Source: a virus
Lineage: Duplodnaviria; Caudoviricetes
Strand: one strand, 5' to 3'
IMG/VR virus record: IMGVR_UViG_3300021425_000044
Location: 1-57,013 of that record
DNA length: 57,013 bases
Translations under genes and position numbers: made by a program
Notes under the pieces: model-generated
Seen by the model: only the letters and a program-made list of their open reading frames with translations
Databases searched by the model: none
Told to the model about the DNA's origin: nothing
Part shown: positions 7,900-15,549 of the stretch, piece after piece
Position numbering within the stretch: the first letter of the stretch is position 1
Layout of the letters: every line of letters begins with the position of its first letter

Positions 7900-10086
7900 A
7901 TGACACTTACAGACTCCTCTCTCGCTACCCCGCCCGCCCTCACAGACGAAGTTATCACCTCGTTTATGGATGACAAGATCCTTGCAGAGGATCTTCCTGC
8001 CCCCCAGTGGGGGCCGGTTGGTCGGGAGGTTTTTGAGAGAAGTTACTCTAGGGACATCATCGATCCCTCGGGCCTGGTGGTGGATAACTGGACCTGGCAG
8101 GTCCCCGAGTCTCGTACCACCGAGTTGTGGGGTGACACCGTGCGTCGTGTTGTCAGTGGAAACATTGGGTACGCAGACGACATGGGGATTAATACCAGCC
8201 CGTGTGAGGTGTTGGACCTGTTCCGCATGATCTACGATTTCAAGATCGTCCCCGCAGGTCGTCATCTGTGGATGACTGGCGTACCGGGTGCGGCCCTCAA
8301 GAACTGTCACCGCGCAGGCTGGAGCAAGGATATTACAGACCACTTCCGATTCCTGGCTATACAGCTTTTCCAGGGTGGCGGTGTCGGTGCAAACTACTCC
8401 AAGTTCTATCGTGAGCGTGGTGGTAACGTCGTCGGTAATGTGGACGTTCGTGTCACCATTTCGGAGAGCCACGATGACTACGCATCAGTCAAGTCGTCTG
8501 CTGACGGTATGTGGATTGGGGACGAAGACTTCAACGTGCTTCCGTTCGTAGTTGAGGACACCCGAGAGGGTTGGGTTGACGCATGGGTTGAGCTTATTCG
8601 CCTGTACCACACCCCAGGAGATCACCATGTTGTGTTTGACCTGACAGAAGTTCGTCCACATGGTGCCCCTCTCCGTGCGTTCGGTGGTAGGGCATCCGGC
8701 CCATCGCCTCTTGCAGGCTCACTCGTTTCTATTTCGGCTATCCTTGAAAAGGTTGAAACTGACACCCTTATGTCGGCCATCGACGCCATGGTCATCGACC
8801 ACTACATCGCTTCTGCAATCGTCGCAGGCGGTACCCGCCGCAGCGCCCGTATGTCACAGCTTAACTGGAATGACCCAGAAGTATTCGACTTCATCAAGCA
8901 TAAGCGCAATGATCCCTCGGTCTCGTGGAGCACTAATATCTCTGTTGTTCTGGACGATGACTTCCACGCAGCCCTTGAGGGTGGAGACGCTCACGCTTCC
9001 GAGGTTCTCCACGCTATCGCAGAAGGTATGGCCGCTGACGGCGAGCCGGGTATCTACAACCTATCTCTCGCTCAGGTAGGAGAGAAGCGGGACGTGGGTG
9101 CCACCAACCCTTGTGGAGAGGCCATCTTAGAAGAGCATTACGACCCTGAGACAGGTGAAGGCTCTGCCAGCGGTGAGTCGTGCAACCTGGGATCGGTGGA
9201 CATGGATGCCATCGGAAACAACCATACGGAGACTATTGAGGCATTCCGCCTAATGTCACGATTCCTGTACCGTGCAACGCTCGCCCCCATCTATGACGCT
9301 GACCAGGCTGAGATTGAGTTCCGCAACCGCCGTCTCGGTGTGGGCATCATGGGCTTCCAGGGTTGGTGCGCCAGCCATGGTATCAAGCTGACCGAGTTCC
9401 CTGACAGCGAAGATCTAATGAACAAGATGGTAGAGTATCGTCTTGCGTGTCGTGACGCCGCCGATACCCTGGCTGAGGAGCTTGGTCTCCCTGCGCCGAT
9501 CAAGGTTACAGCTATTGCCCCGACTGGCTCTATTGCACAGCTACGGGGTACTACGGCAGGGCTTCACCCAGTGTACGCCCGGTACTTCATCCGTCGTATC
9601 CAGTACGCTGACACCGCCCCCACGCTTCAGGAGATGATCGACGCCGGATACCCTATTGAGGATTCCATTTACGCTGCCCATACCAAGGTCGTATCTATCC
9701 CTGTTAAAGACATCATCCTCGACCGCCATGCGGAGGAACTCATCGAGCAGTCCGACGAGGTTGGTGTCGGTAGCTTCCTGGCAGTTCAGGCATCTCTACA
9801 GGACACCTTCTGTGGGGGGCTTGATGGTCAAGCTATTTCTGCTACGGCCCAGATCCCGCCAGACACTAACCCTGACCTCCTTACAGAGACACTATACGAG
9901 TACGTTCACCGTATTAAGGGTGCCACTGTGTTCCCTGCTCTCAGCCGCCCCCAGCAGCCCATTACTTCAGTGTCTAAGGGTGACTGGGCTATTGCTCTTC
10001 TGGAATTGAGTAACTCATCTACTACCACTCTTCACGGAGACTCCAACGACGGTGATTGCGTTGGGGGAGCTTGTCCCATCCGGTAA
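7900..10086 (+). CDS. nrdJ: Class II (adenosylcobalamin-dependent) ribonucleotide reductase
   Basis: PAGRHLW, LKNC, GGGVG, VEDTREGW, AGGTRRSA, TNPCGE, SCNL, APTGS, C-terminal CVGGACPIR; no beta subunit adjacent; start placed downstream of the promoter. Confidence 0.93.
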   Translation: MTLTDSSLATPPALTDEVITSFMDDKILAEDLPAPQWGPVGREVFERSYSRDIIDPSGLVVDNWTWQVPESRTTELWGDTVRRVVSGNIGYADDMGINTSPCEVLDLFRMIYDFKIVPAGRHLWMTGVPGAALKNCHRAGWSKDITDHFRFLAIQLFQGGGVGANYSKFYRERGGNVVGNVDVRVTISESHDDYASVKSSADGMWIGDEDFNVLPFVVEDTREGWVDAWVELIRLYHTPGDHHVVFDLTEVRPHGAPLRAFGGRASGPSPLAGSLVSISAILEKVETDTLMSAIDAMVIDHYIASAIVAGGTRRSARMSQLNWNDPEVFDFIKHKRNDPSVSWSTNISVVLDDDFHAALEGGDAHASEVLHAIAEGMAADGEPGIYNLSLAQVGEKRDVGATNPCGEAILEEHYDPETGEGSASGESCNLGSVDMDAIGNNHTETIEAFRLMSRFLYRATLAPIYDADQAEIEFRNRRLGVGIMGFQGWCASHGIKLTEFPDSEDLMNKMVEYRLACRDAADTLAEELGLPAPIKVTAIAPTGSIAQLRGTTAGLHPVYARYFIRRIQYADTAPTLQEMIDAGYPIEDSIYAAHTKVVSIPVKDIILDRHAEELIEQSDEVGVGSFLAVQASLQDTFCGGLDGQAISATAQIPPDTNPDLLTETLYEYVHRIKGATVFPALSRPQQPITSVSKGDWAIALLELSNSSTTTLHGDSNDGDCVGGACPIR

Positions 10087-10117
10087 AGTCCCACTGGTGT
10101 AATCGTTACCATATTTG

Positions 10118-10257
10118 GACCATCATTTTCCCGTTCTAAGAGCTGAATAGGAAAATGATGGTCTAGGGGATATCAGGGATATAAACTTGATGGTTTAATT
10201 GTCGCGGTCGAGGTGTACCCCTGATATCCCTTTAGAGGGGATATGATATCCCTTCTA
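10118..10257. terminator. Three consecutive hairpins between convergent genes
   Basis: GACCATCATTTTCC/GGAAAATGATGGTC (10118/10150); GGGATATCAGGG/CCCTGATATCCC (10167/10219); 10233-10257 imperfect palindrome. Confidence 0.6.
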
Positions 10258-10397
10258 ATTATCGCTAAAAAGTGTACCCTGCTCACCTTGTGACTTTTGT
10301 CTTTTGCCTAGGACCGACCTTAGGGTGCGCCTAAGCGATCGTCGCTTAACTTGACTGGGGTGTCTATACGACGGAATTGGAGACCCTTTTTCTTCAT
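10255..10397 (-). pseudogene. Possible frameshifted remnant resembling the C-terminus of 13323-14000
   Basis: RRTLRSVLGKRQKSQGEQGTLF vs RNTVRSILGRK...EQLSL; ATG at 10397 is in a different frame. Confidence 0.35.
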
Positions 10398-10423
10398 GTA
10401 GAAGAGTCTCACACACTACTGTA

Positions 10424-10585
10424 TTATCGGCCCCTGGCCCAGCCCCCGCCGACAAAGTTAGCTACAACAGACTCATCCTTATAGGAACGTCTGGAGATAA
10501 CACCGCAGCACTGTGGGGGGCTTTCACGGTCCTCACCATTAAGAGTCTTAGAACACTCTTTACACCTGAATGCGTAGTTAGCCAT
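10424..10585 (-). CDS. FmdB-like zinc-ribbon protein (53 aa)
   Basis: Manual: MANYAFRCKECSK...QCCG...FVGGGW; not in ORF track. Confidence 0.75.
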   Translation of the reverse strand: MANYAFRCKECSKTLNGEDRESPPQCCGVISRRSYKDESVVANFVGGGWARGR

Positions 10586-10749
10586 CAGGACTTATCCTCT
10601 TTGTCAGGATCAGCTTCTCCTCCGAACATGCTGCTAATCCCTTCCTTCTTATTGGTAAGGTTTTCACCACACACCTGACAATGCTTAGCAGGGGGACCTG
10701 TCATACGTGTGATGGTGCGTACGCTTGGGTGCTTACATACTCCAGTCAC
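10585..10749 (-). CDS. Small Cys/His zinc-finger-like protein (54 aa)
   Basis: Manual: MTGVCKHPS...HCQVCG; GTGA and TGATG couplings at both ends. Confidence 0.65.
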   Translation of the reverse strand: MTGVCKHPSVRTITRMTGPPAKHCQVCGENLTNKKEGISSMFGGEADPDKEDKS

Positions 10750-10907
10750 GACGGCACCTTCACTGACTTCTTAACACCGTGCGTTGGCACTTTATTAAAG
10801 GTGAACTTGGTCCAGATGAAACCGCACTCAGGGCACTCGTCCCCGTTGATCGCTTTCTTACCTGATCCAGGGCACTCTGTAGGGAAGTTGTAGTTGTCGT
10901 AAATCAT
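10746..10907 (-). CDS. Small zinc-finger-like protein (53 aa)
   Basis: Manual: MIYDNYNFPTECPGSGK...CPECG...VPTH. Confidence 0.7.
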   Translation of the reverse strand: MIYDNYNFPTECPGSGKKAINGDECPECGFIWTKFTFNKVPTHGVKKSVKVPS

Positions 10908-10928
10908 GGGGCGTAGCCTACCATATAA

Positions 10929-11828
10929 TTAGTCTTTTGGCAACTCAATCTTCTGAGTAACTGCCCCCTGGTTCTCAGCACTCGACATTGCCGAGGAGAA
11001 CTGGTAGGAGCTAATGTTGGGGGCCATGTCTTTGAAAGACCCTGTATGAGGCTCTCTGAAAGGTACAGACCCTTCCTTACCGGAGTCGATACGCTGTCGG
11101 GCGTATCTCTTTGCATCCTCTGATGCCCGAGGGGCCTTTAACACATCCCGCTCCCAGGAGGTAGTTGCCTCGGGGGGCGCTACGTACGAAGGCATTGAGG
11201 AGCCTCCATCCTCGTACTCGTTCTTATATGATATGGAATGGCCCTGTTGCATATCTTTCATACCCTGTCTAGCGGTACGGGCACCCGGCTCATTCCTATC
11301 AAATAGTGCTTCGTTCCCCCCATCACCGTGTACACCATAATCAGGACGTAGCACTCCAGCACTGCCCTCGGTAGACGGAGGAATACTTGCCCCCTCTTCC
11401 CACCGGAAGCCAACCTCAGCAGCATTAGCTTGCTGGTCAGACATTGGAAGGTTCTTAGATATCCCCATAGAGGGGTCTTCACGAGGAGTCTGGTCGATCA
11501 ACCGCCGAGCGTAAATACGCCCTTCATGCTCCGTTTTGACCGGCGTCATCGGATCATCCGACTTCACCCCGTAGTACCTGTTGTTGTCAGATGCACTATG
11601 AGCAATGCTGGAAGACATGTCCTCGATACGCGCAAGGGCCTGGTCTTTGGTACCAAAATGATGTACAGGTGCCTTAGTCCAGTCTGAGCGCATGGAGCCG
11701 TGGTAGACAGGGTTAGTCTTGTCCACCCAGTCATCCATTGACAGCTCTCCTAATTCAGGGGGTGGGCTGTTGTAGTCGTCCTTGTCGAAGAGGGTGAGCT
11801 GCTCAAACTGGTCTTTATTCAGAGTCAT
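10929..11828 (-). CDS. ADP-ribosyltransferase-like protein (ART-PolyVal-like), paralog of 6393-7316
   Basis: VYHGS, HFGTKDQALAR, YKNEYEDGGS..SY, TSWERDVL; start placed at ATG 11828 by TGG-TATGAT-N6 promoter. Confidence 0.6.
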   Translation of the reverse strand: MTLNKDQFEQLTLFDKDDYNSPPPELGELSMDDWVDKTNPVYHGSMRSDWTKAPVHHFGTKDQALARIEDMSSSIAHSASDNNRYYGVKSDDPMTPVKTEHEGRIYARRLIDQTPREDPSMGISKNLPMSDQQANAAEVGFRWEEGASIPPSTEGSAGVLRPDYGVHGDGGNEALFDRNEPGARTARQGMKDMQQGHSISYKNEYEDGGSSMPSYVAPPEATTSWERDVLKAPRASEDAKRYARQRIDSGKEGSVPFREPHTGSFKDMAPNISSYQFSSAMSSAENQGAVTQKIELPKD

Positions 11829-11872
11829 GTACACATCATACCACGTCGTACCCTGTTGTCAAACCACTACCG

Positions 11873-12640
11873 CTAGGTGTAGGGGTACGGATCGGTCGAA
11901 GATCCTTTAGACCTAGCCTCTTTAATGTCGTTGTGGTGTACAACCGGGATGAGGGTGTCGGGGGCGATGTCCATAGACGCTGCAATACGGTGGTGGCCCC
12001 CCACTATTTGAGGCTTACCCTTCATCCCCTTTGTCTGACCTAGATGCACCGGGTTCTTTACTCCTTCGGATTTGATCTTAGAGTGTAGGGTGTTACCAAA
12101 GCTGTAATAGTTGTCAACCCTGTCGTTGTACTCTTGATCGACACGGTTATCAAACGATTCCAGTGCCTCATCGTACGTGTTGGTACCTCCAGTACGGTAT
12201 TCAGGGTAGCCGTCACGATCGCCCACGTGGTCGTGAGCATCGGTGTAGCCAGGCTCCATTTCCTTTACCTGCTCAGTACCCCCAATGGCGTGCATATAGT
12301 CCGATTTCCTCATTTGGGACTCTTCTAACTTTCGGCTCCATAGCTCCTCGTCAGTCTCTTCCCCAGGGTTGTACTTATAGGGAAAGGTAGTGCCCCCCTC
12401 TCGTGGGGGCTTGGAAAACCCGCTATGGGTATAGTTAGGGTCTCCTTTAGTGTTGTGAGAACGGAACGTCCCCGAGGTGTCGCCCATCCATCCACGAACA
12501 TGATCGTAGTACCCGTGTTCGTTTTTCTGCATACGATCTCCGTCCAGGGGCTGGTACTTACTCGTAATCTCTTTGGGGGTCATAAACATTTTGAGCTGCT
12601 CGCCGCCCGTTGCCGAGGTACTAGGACTAACTCGTCTCAT
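11873..12640 (-). CDS. Protein with C-terminal ParB/Sulfiredoxin-like domain
   Basis: LHSKIKSEGVKNPV...IVGGHHRIAA...IPV. Confidence 0.7.
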   Translation of the reverse strand: MRRVSPSTSATGGEQLKMFMTPKEITSKYQPLDGDRMQKNEHGYYDHVRGWMGDTSGTFRSHNTKGDPNYTHSGFSKPPREGGTTFPYKYNPGEETDEELWSRKLEESQMRKSDYMHAIGGTEQVKEMEPGYTDAHDHVGDRDGYPEYRTGGTNTYDEALESFDNRVDQEYNDRVDNYYSFGNTLHSKIKSEGVKNPVHLGQTKGMKGKPQIVGGHHRIAASMDIAPDTLIPVVHHNDIKEARSKGSSTDPYPYT

Positions 12641-13097
12641 TTGCTGTCTCCTGAAAGATGTGATACCCGTCTTTGGTGCGCCGTTCGCTCGGGAATACGA
12701 ACCCTACATGTCTCTTCACTTCAAAGCCCTCACGGTCGATGGGCAGTGTATTGGACTCAGGCATGTAGACCCGAGGGTCACCGTCCTTGGCATACTTCTT
12801 CGACTTCTCGATGTCGATATGGAGCGCAGGGTGGACCTCGTACTCGCTCTTGGGACCGACCTCGTAGACACTGGCAAACAACCGGCCCTGACCTTCACGT
12901 GGCTCCGCAGCCCCCTTGAGACCAAAGTAGCTCGCTGTGGATGTGCTATCGGCCCCGAACGCTGCCCTCTCACCTTTCATATGAATGGTGTCAGGAGTAG
13001 GGTCAACAGTGTCGCCTGGGGAGAACCCATGTCCGCTGCCGTGGTACACAGGACCGTCAGGCTGCATGGCGAACTGGGAAGAAAGATTATCTTTCAT
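12627..13097 (-). CDS. Arr-like ADP-ribosyltransferase-fold protein
   Basis: VYHGS..F.PGD.V.P ... A..F ... VYEVGP pattern as in the rifampin ART family; N-terminus MKDNLSSQF. Confidence 0.6.
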   Translation of the reverse strand: MKDNLSSQFAMQPDGPVYHGSGHGFSPGDTVDPTPDTIHMKGERAAFGADSTSTASYFGLKGAAEPREGQGRLFASVYEVGPKSEYEVHPALHIDIEKSKKYAKDGDPRVYMPESNTLPIDREGFEVKRHVGFVFPSERRTKDGYHIFQETANETS

Positions 13098-13173
13098 CCT
13101 TGTGACCTTCTCGGTAGCCGCCCCCCGTATCTACGGTAGAGTACGTGAACTGGGTATCGTTAATAACACTCAT
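13087..13173 (-). pseudogene. 28-aa mini-ORF or truncated gene with INDTQF tag
   Basis: Manual: MSVINDTQFTYSTVDTGGGYREGHKDER; overlaps start of the next gene. Confidence 0.4.
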
Positions 13174-13260
13174 CAAGCGCGCCCCTATGGTGTGAGTGAG
13201 TAGACATGTATAGAGTATAGCTTACCTATCAAGACGCCGACTGCGAAACCATTTTCTCAG

Positions 13261-13308
13261 AGGTATAATTATCAGCGTAGGTATAACAATAGGTATAACA
13301 ATAGGTAC
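13261..13308. repeat. 12-bp tandem repeat TAGGTATAACAA (2 full + partial copies)
   Basis: Copies at 13278 and 13290; partials at 13261 and 13302. Confidence 0.8.
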
Positions 13309-13322
13309 AGGACCTATAACGG

Positions 13323-14000
13323 TCAGGTATCCAGCGACAACTGTTCCTGTTCCTGTTTCTGAGTCTGTCGAGCGTCACTCTTGCGCCCGAGGATAGACCG
13401 CACCGTATTGCGGCCCCTGTTTACTTCCCCTGGAGAAACAACTTCTCCACCAGACCAGTCTCCCTTCGGTGCCCTCCAGAAACCTACCGAATTCGTGGCG
13501 TGTCTCTCAAAGCCCTTATCAACGGCCCCCTTATCTTTCAGTCTACCCACCAGATTGTCCGAGTGTTCACTCAGGTCCGTGTCTGGAGTGAGCGAGTAGC
13601 CTCTCTTCATTGCGTCATTTTGGGCAATTCCTAGGAGGTTCATGCCAGCGACCTTAGCAGAGGTGGTGTTCGTACCTCCCATGCTCACTACGGTTGCCGA
13701 ACCGGGGGAGTTGAAGTGGTCAAAGAGCTTTTGTTGGCCTTGTTCCGGCTGTACGATCTTCGACGGAATACCCGACGTGTCCCAAGTGTCCGACACCACT
13801 TCATCCTCATCGTTCCAGTTTCTATAAACGTCCGCAGGGGGGCGATAGCTTACAACCACGTGGCTGTCCATATCATGCTCATCGGGGGCGATATTAGACG
13901 GTTGGGGGCGTGAGTCCGACGAAGCGTGGTTGTAGTGTATTTCTCCAACCGAATTCCATCGGCTAGCGTCCCGAACATAGGCACCTTTTTTAATGGTCAT
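13323..14000 (-). CDS. Hypothetical protein, possibly degenerate GNAT-like fold
   Basis: AGMNLLGIA...LTPDTDLSEHS..LV..L reminiscent of phage GNAT-like proteins; QQKLF and QLSL motifs; leaderless promoter. Confidence 0.6.
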   Translation of the reverse strand: MTIKKGAYVRDASRWNSVGEIHYNHASSDSRPQPSNIAPDEHDMDSHVVVSYRPPADVYRNWNDEDEVVSDTWDTSGIPSKIVQPEQGQQKLFDHFNSPGSATVVSMGGTNTTSAKVAGMNLLGIAQNDAMKRGYSLTPDTDLSEHSDNLVGRLKDKGAVDKGFERHATNSVGFWRAPKGDWSGGEVVSPGEVNRGRNTVRSILGRKSDARQTQKQEQEQLSLDT

Positions 14001-14072
14001 ACCCTTATCATACCACTTTGGGGGCCTATTGGACCACTTTTTGGGTGTGGGTGCCGTGTGTTACCTACCCAC

Positions 14073-14485
14073 TTATCCACAGGTTATCCCCAATTTATGG
14101 TGGGGGGGGTGTGGATAACCTGACCCCCCTTATCCCCAGCCTCTATCCCCATGTTATACACAGGGGGGGGCGATACGTGGAGTGGTGTGACCATTGTCAC
14201 GTGACAGTTGTCACACCGACAAGGTTATCCACAATCACCGACGACTTATCCACACCCTGTGGATAAAGGTGTGGATAACACACCCCATGTGACCATGGTC
14301 ACATCCTCTGAGTCCGCCTGTGTTGCGTTCTAAGGCGTCGACCCCCCTCTGCGCCCCCGTCATACCAAAATGAGATTCTAAGAGCTTAGGGGGCAACGTT
14401 TTTCTGTGGATAACTCCAACGGCCCATATGCCATAAGGCTCAGATCAGATCCTGAAATAATGGACGCCTCACAGGGTTATCCACA
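14073..14485. promoter_or_regulatory. Cluster of DnaA boxes
   Basis: TTATCCACA at 14073, 14225, 14246, 14477; TGTGGATAA at 14110, 14258, 14270, 14405; TTATACACA at 14154; TTATCCCCA variants at 14084, 14130. Confidence 0.85.
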
Positions 14486-14793
14486 GCCCATGGTGTGACA
14501 TTTGTCACACCATTTCATGTGACATTTGTCACACCGTTTCATGTGACATTTGTCACACCGTACCCCTGGAACCGCCCCCCACTTGATCAGATAGTTAGGC
14601 CTACTTAACATGGACAGTTAGGACTTGCTATCACATGGTAGGAAACACACCCGATATGGGATATGAACCATTGCTAACCTGAGAATGATCCCGTCTGATA
14701 GCTAACGAGAACCGTTCTCAGATCTATTCCTCTATAGAATCATTCTCAATAAGTTGGGGGGCGATGTTGGGGGGCGATGTGACGAATGTCACA
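14186..14793. promoter_or_regulatory. Array of CRP/GlxR-type palindromes TGTGA-N6-TCACA
   Basis: Sites at 14186, 14200, 14288, 14494, 14518, 14542, 14778; the three at 14494-14557 form a 24-bp tandem repeat. Confidence 0.75.
14595..14750. promoter_or_regulatory. Weaker DtxR/IdeR-like and Fur/Zur-like sites
   Basis: TTAGGCCTACTTAA 14595, GTTAGGACTTGCTA 14617; TGAGAATGAT 14680, GAGAACCGTTCTCA 14707, TAGAATCATTCTCAAT 14735. Confidence 0.45.
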
Positions 14794-15189
14794 CGCCCAT
14801 GACGAGGAACGGCACCCCCCATGGGCTATCTTGATTCACGTCGCCGCAGGACTGCGACCGAAGGCCAGTAGCTCCCGGCGACGGGGGCGAGGGCCGGGGA
14901 TTCTTGACAACACAGCACCCCCGCTCGGGCGAGATCGGCCAGCCACCAGGCCCGCCACCAACCGCGCCGTGCGAGCACCACGCTCGCCGGTAGCCACACT
15001 CGCCGCCACCGTTGCACACGCACCGGACACGGGCACCGGGCGGGGGGCGAAGAAACGACACGACGGCGACACGCAGTCCAGGGTTCCTCCTGCACACGCA
15101 CCTGAGCCGCTCGGAACCACGCCCGTAAGGGCCGCAGCATCGCAACCCCCGCACCCTGGTCGTCCCAGGGCCGGGGGGCGCAGCTTGCA

Positions 15190-15520
15190 GGGGGACGAAC
15201 GGCGAGACGGCAGCGTGTGCGGGTTCCCAGGAACGCACCGTAGATCACCCTCTACACGCAGGCGTGACAGGCACCGACCACACTCAGACGAGCAAGAGAT
15301 CGGAGCCTGCTAGGGCCGTCGTACTGCAGCGTAAACGTGGGGGATGACGCCTCTCAGACCGGCAACGGTCAGGCCACTACGAACCACGCACTGGAGCCAC
15401 GGCAAGGCTCAAGGGATGACGACGCTGCGAGCACTCCCCCCGACACCGGACAACCCGGTGGGGGGTGTTGCTCAGGGTTCTCGACTCCGGTCGAGCACCC
15501 TGAGGAGCACTGCTCCATAC
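15190..15520 (+). ncRNA. Candidate structured RNA / long leader upstream of the first plus-strand gene
   Basis: GACCG-GCAA-CGGTC, CTCGAC-TCCG-GTCGAG, nested stems GCAGCGT/ACGCTGC, CTCAGGG/CCCTGAG. Confidence 0.45.
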
Positions 15521-15549
15521 CCATCAACGCCTAGGAAGGACATGCATCC

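Noticed and set aside
14073-14485. Host chromosomal oriC (prophage junction)
   Set aside because: No dnaA, dnaN, rpmH or other host genes; phage-type genes on both sides
14494-14560. CRISPR array or parS sites
   Set aside because: 24-bp units are contiguous with no unique spacers; GTTTCATGTGACA matches only part of parS (GTTTCACGTGAAAC)
14018-15534. ORFs at 14018, 14786, 14789, 14826, 14836, 15337
   Set aside because: Low-complexity R/P/A/G translations with no RBS, typical of GC-rich non-coding DNA and repeats
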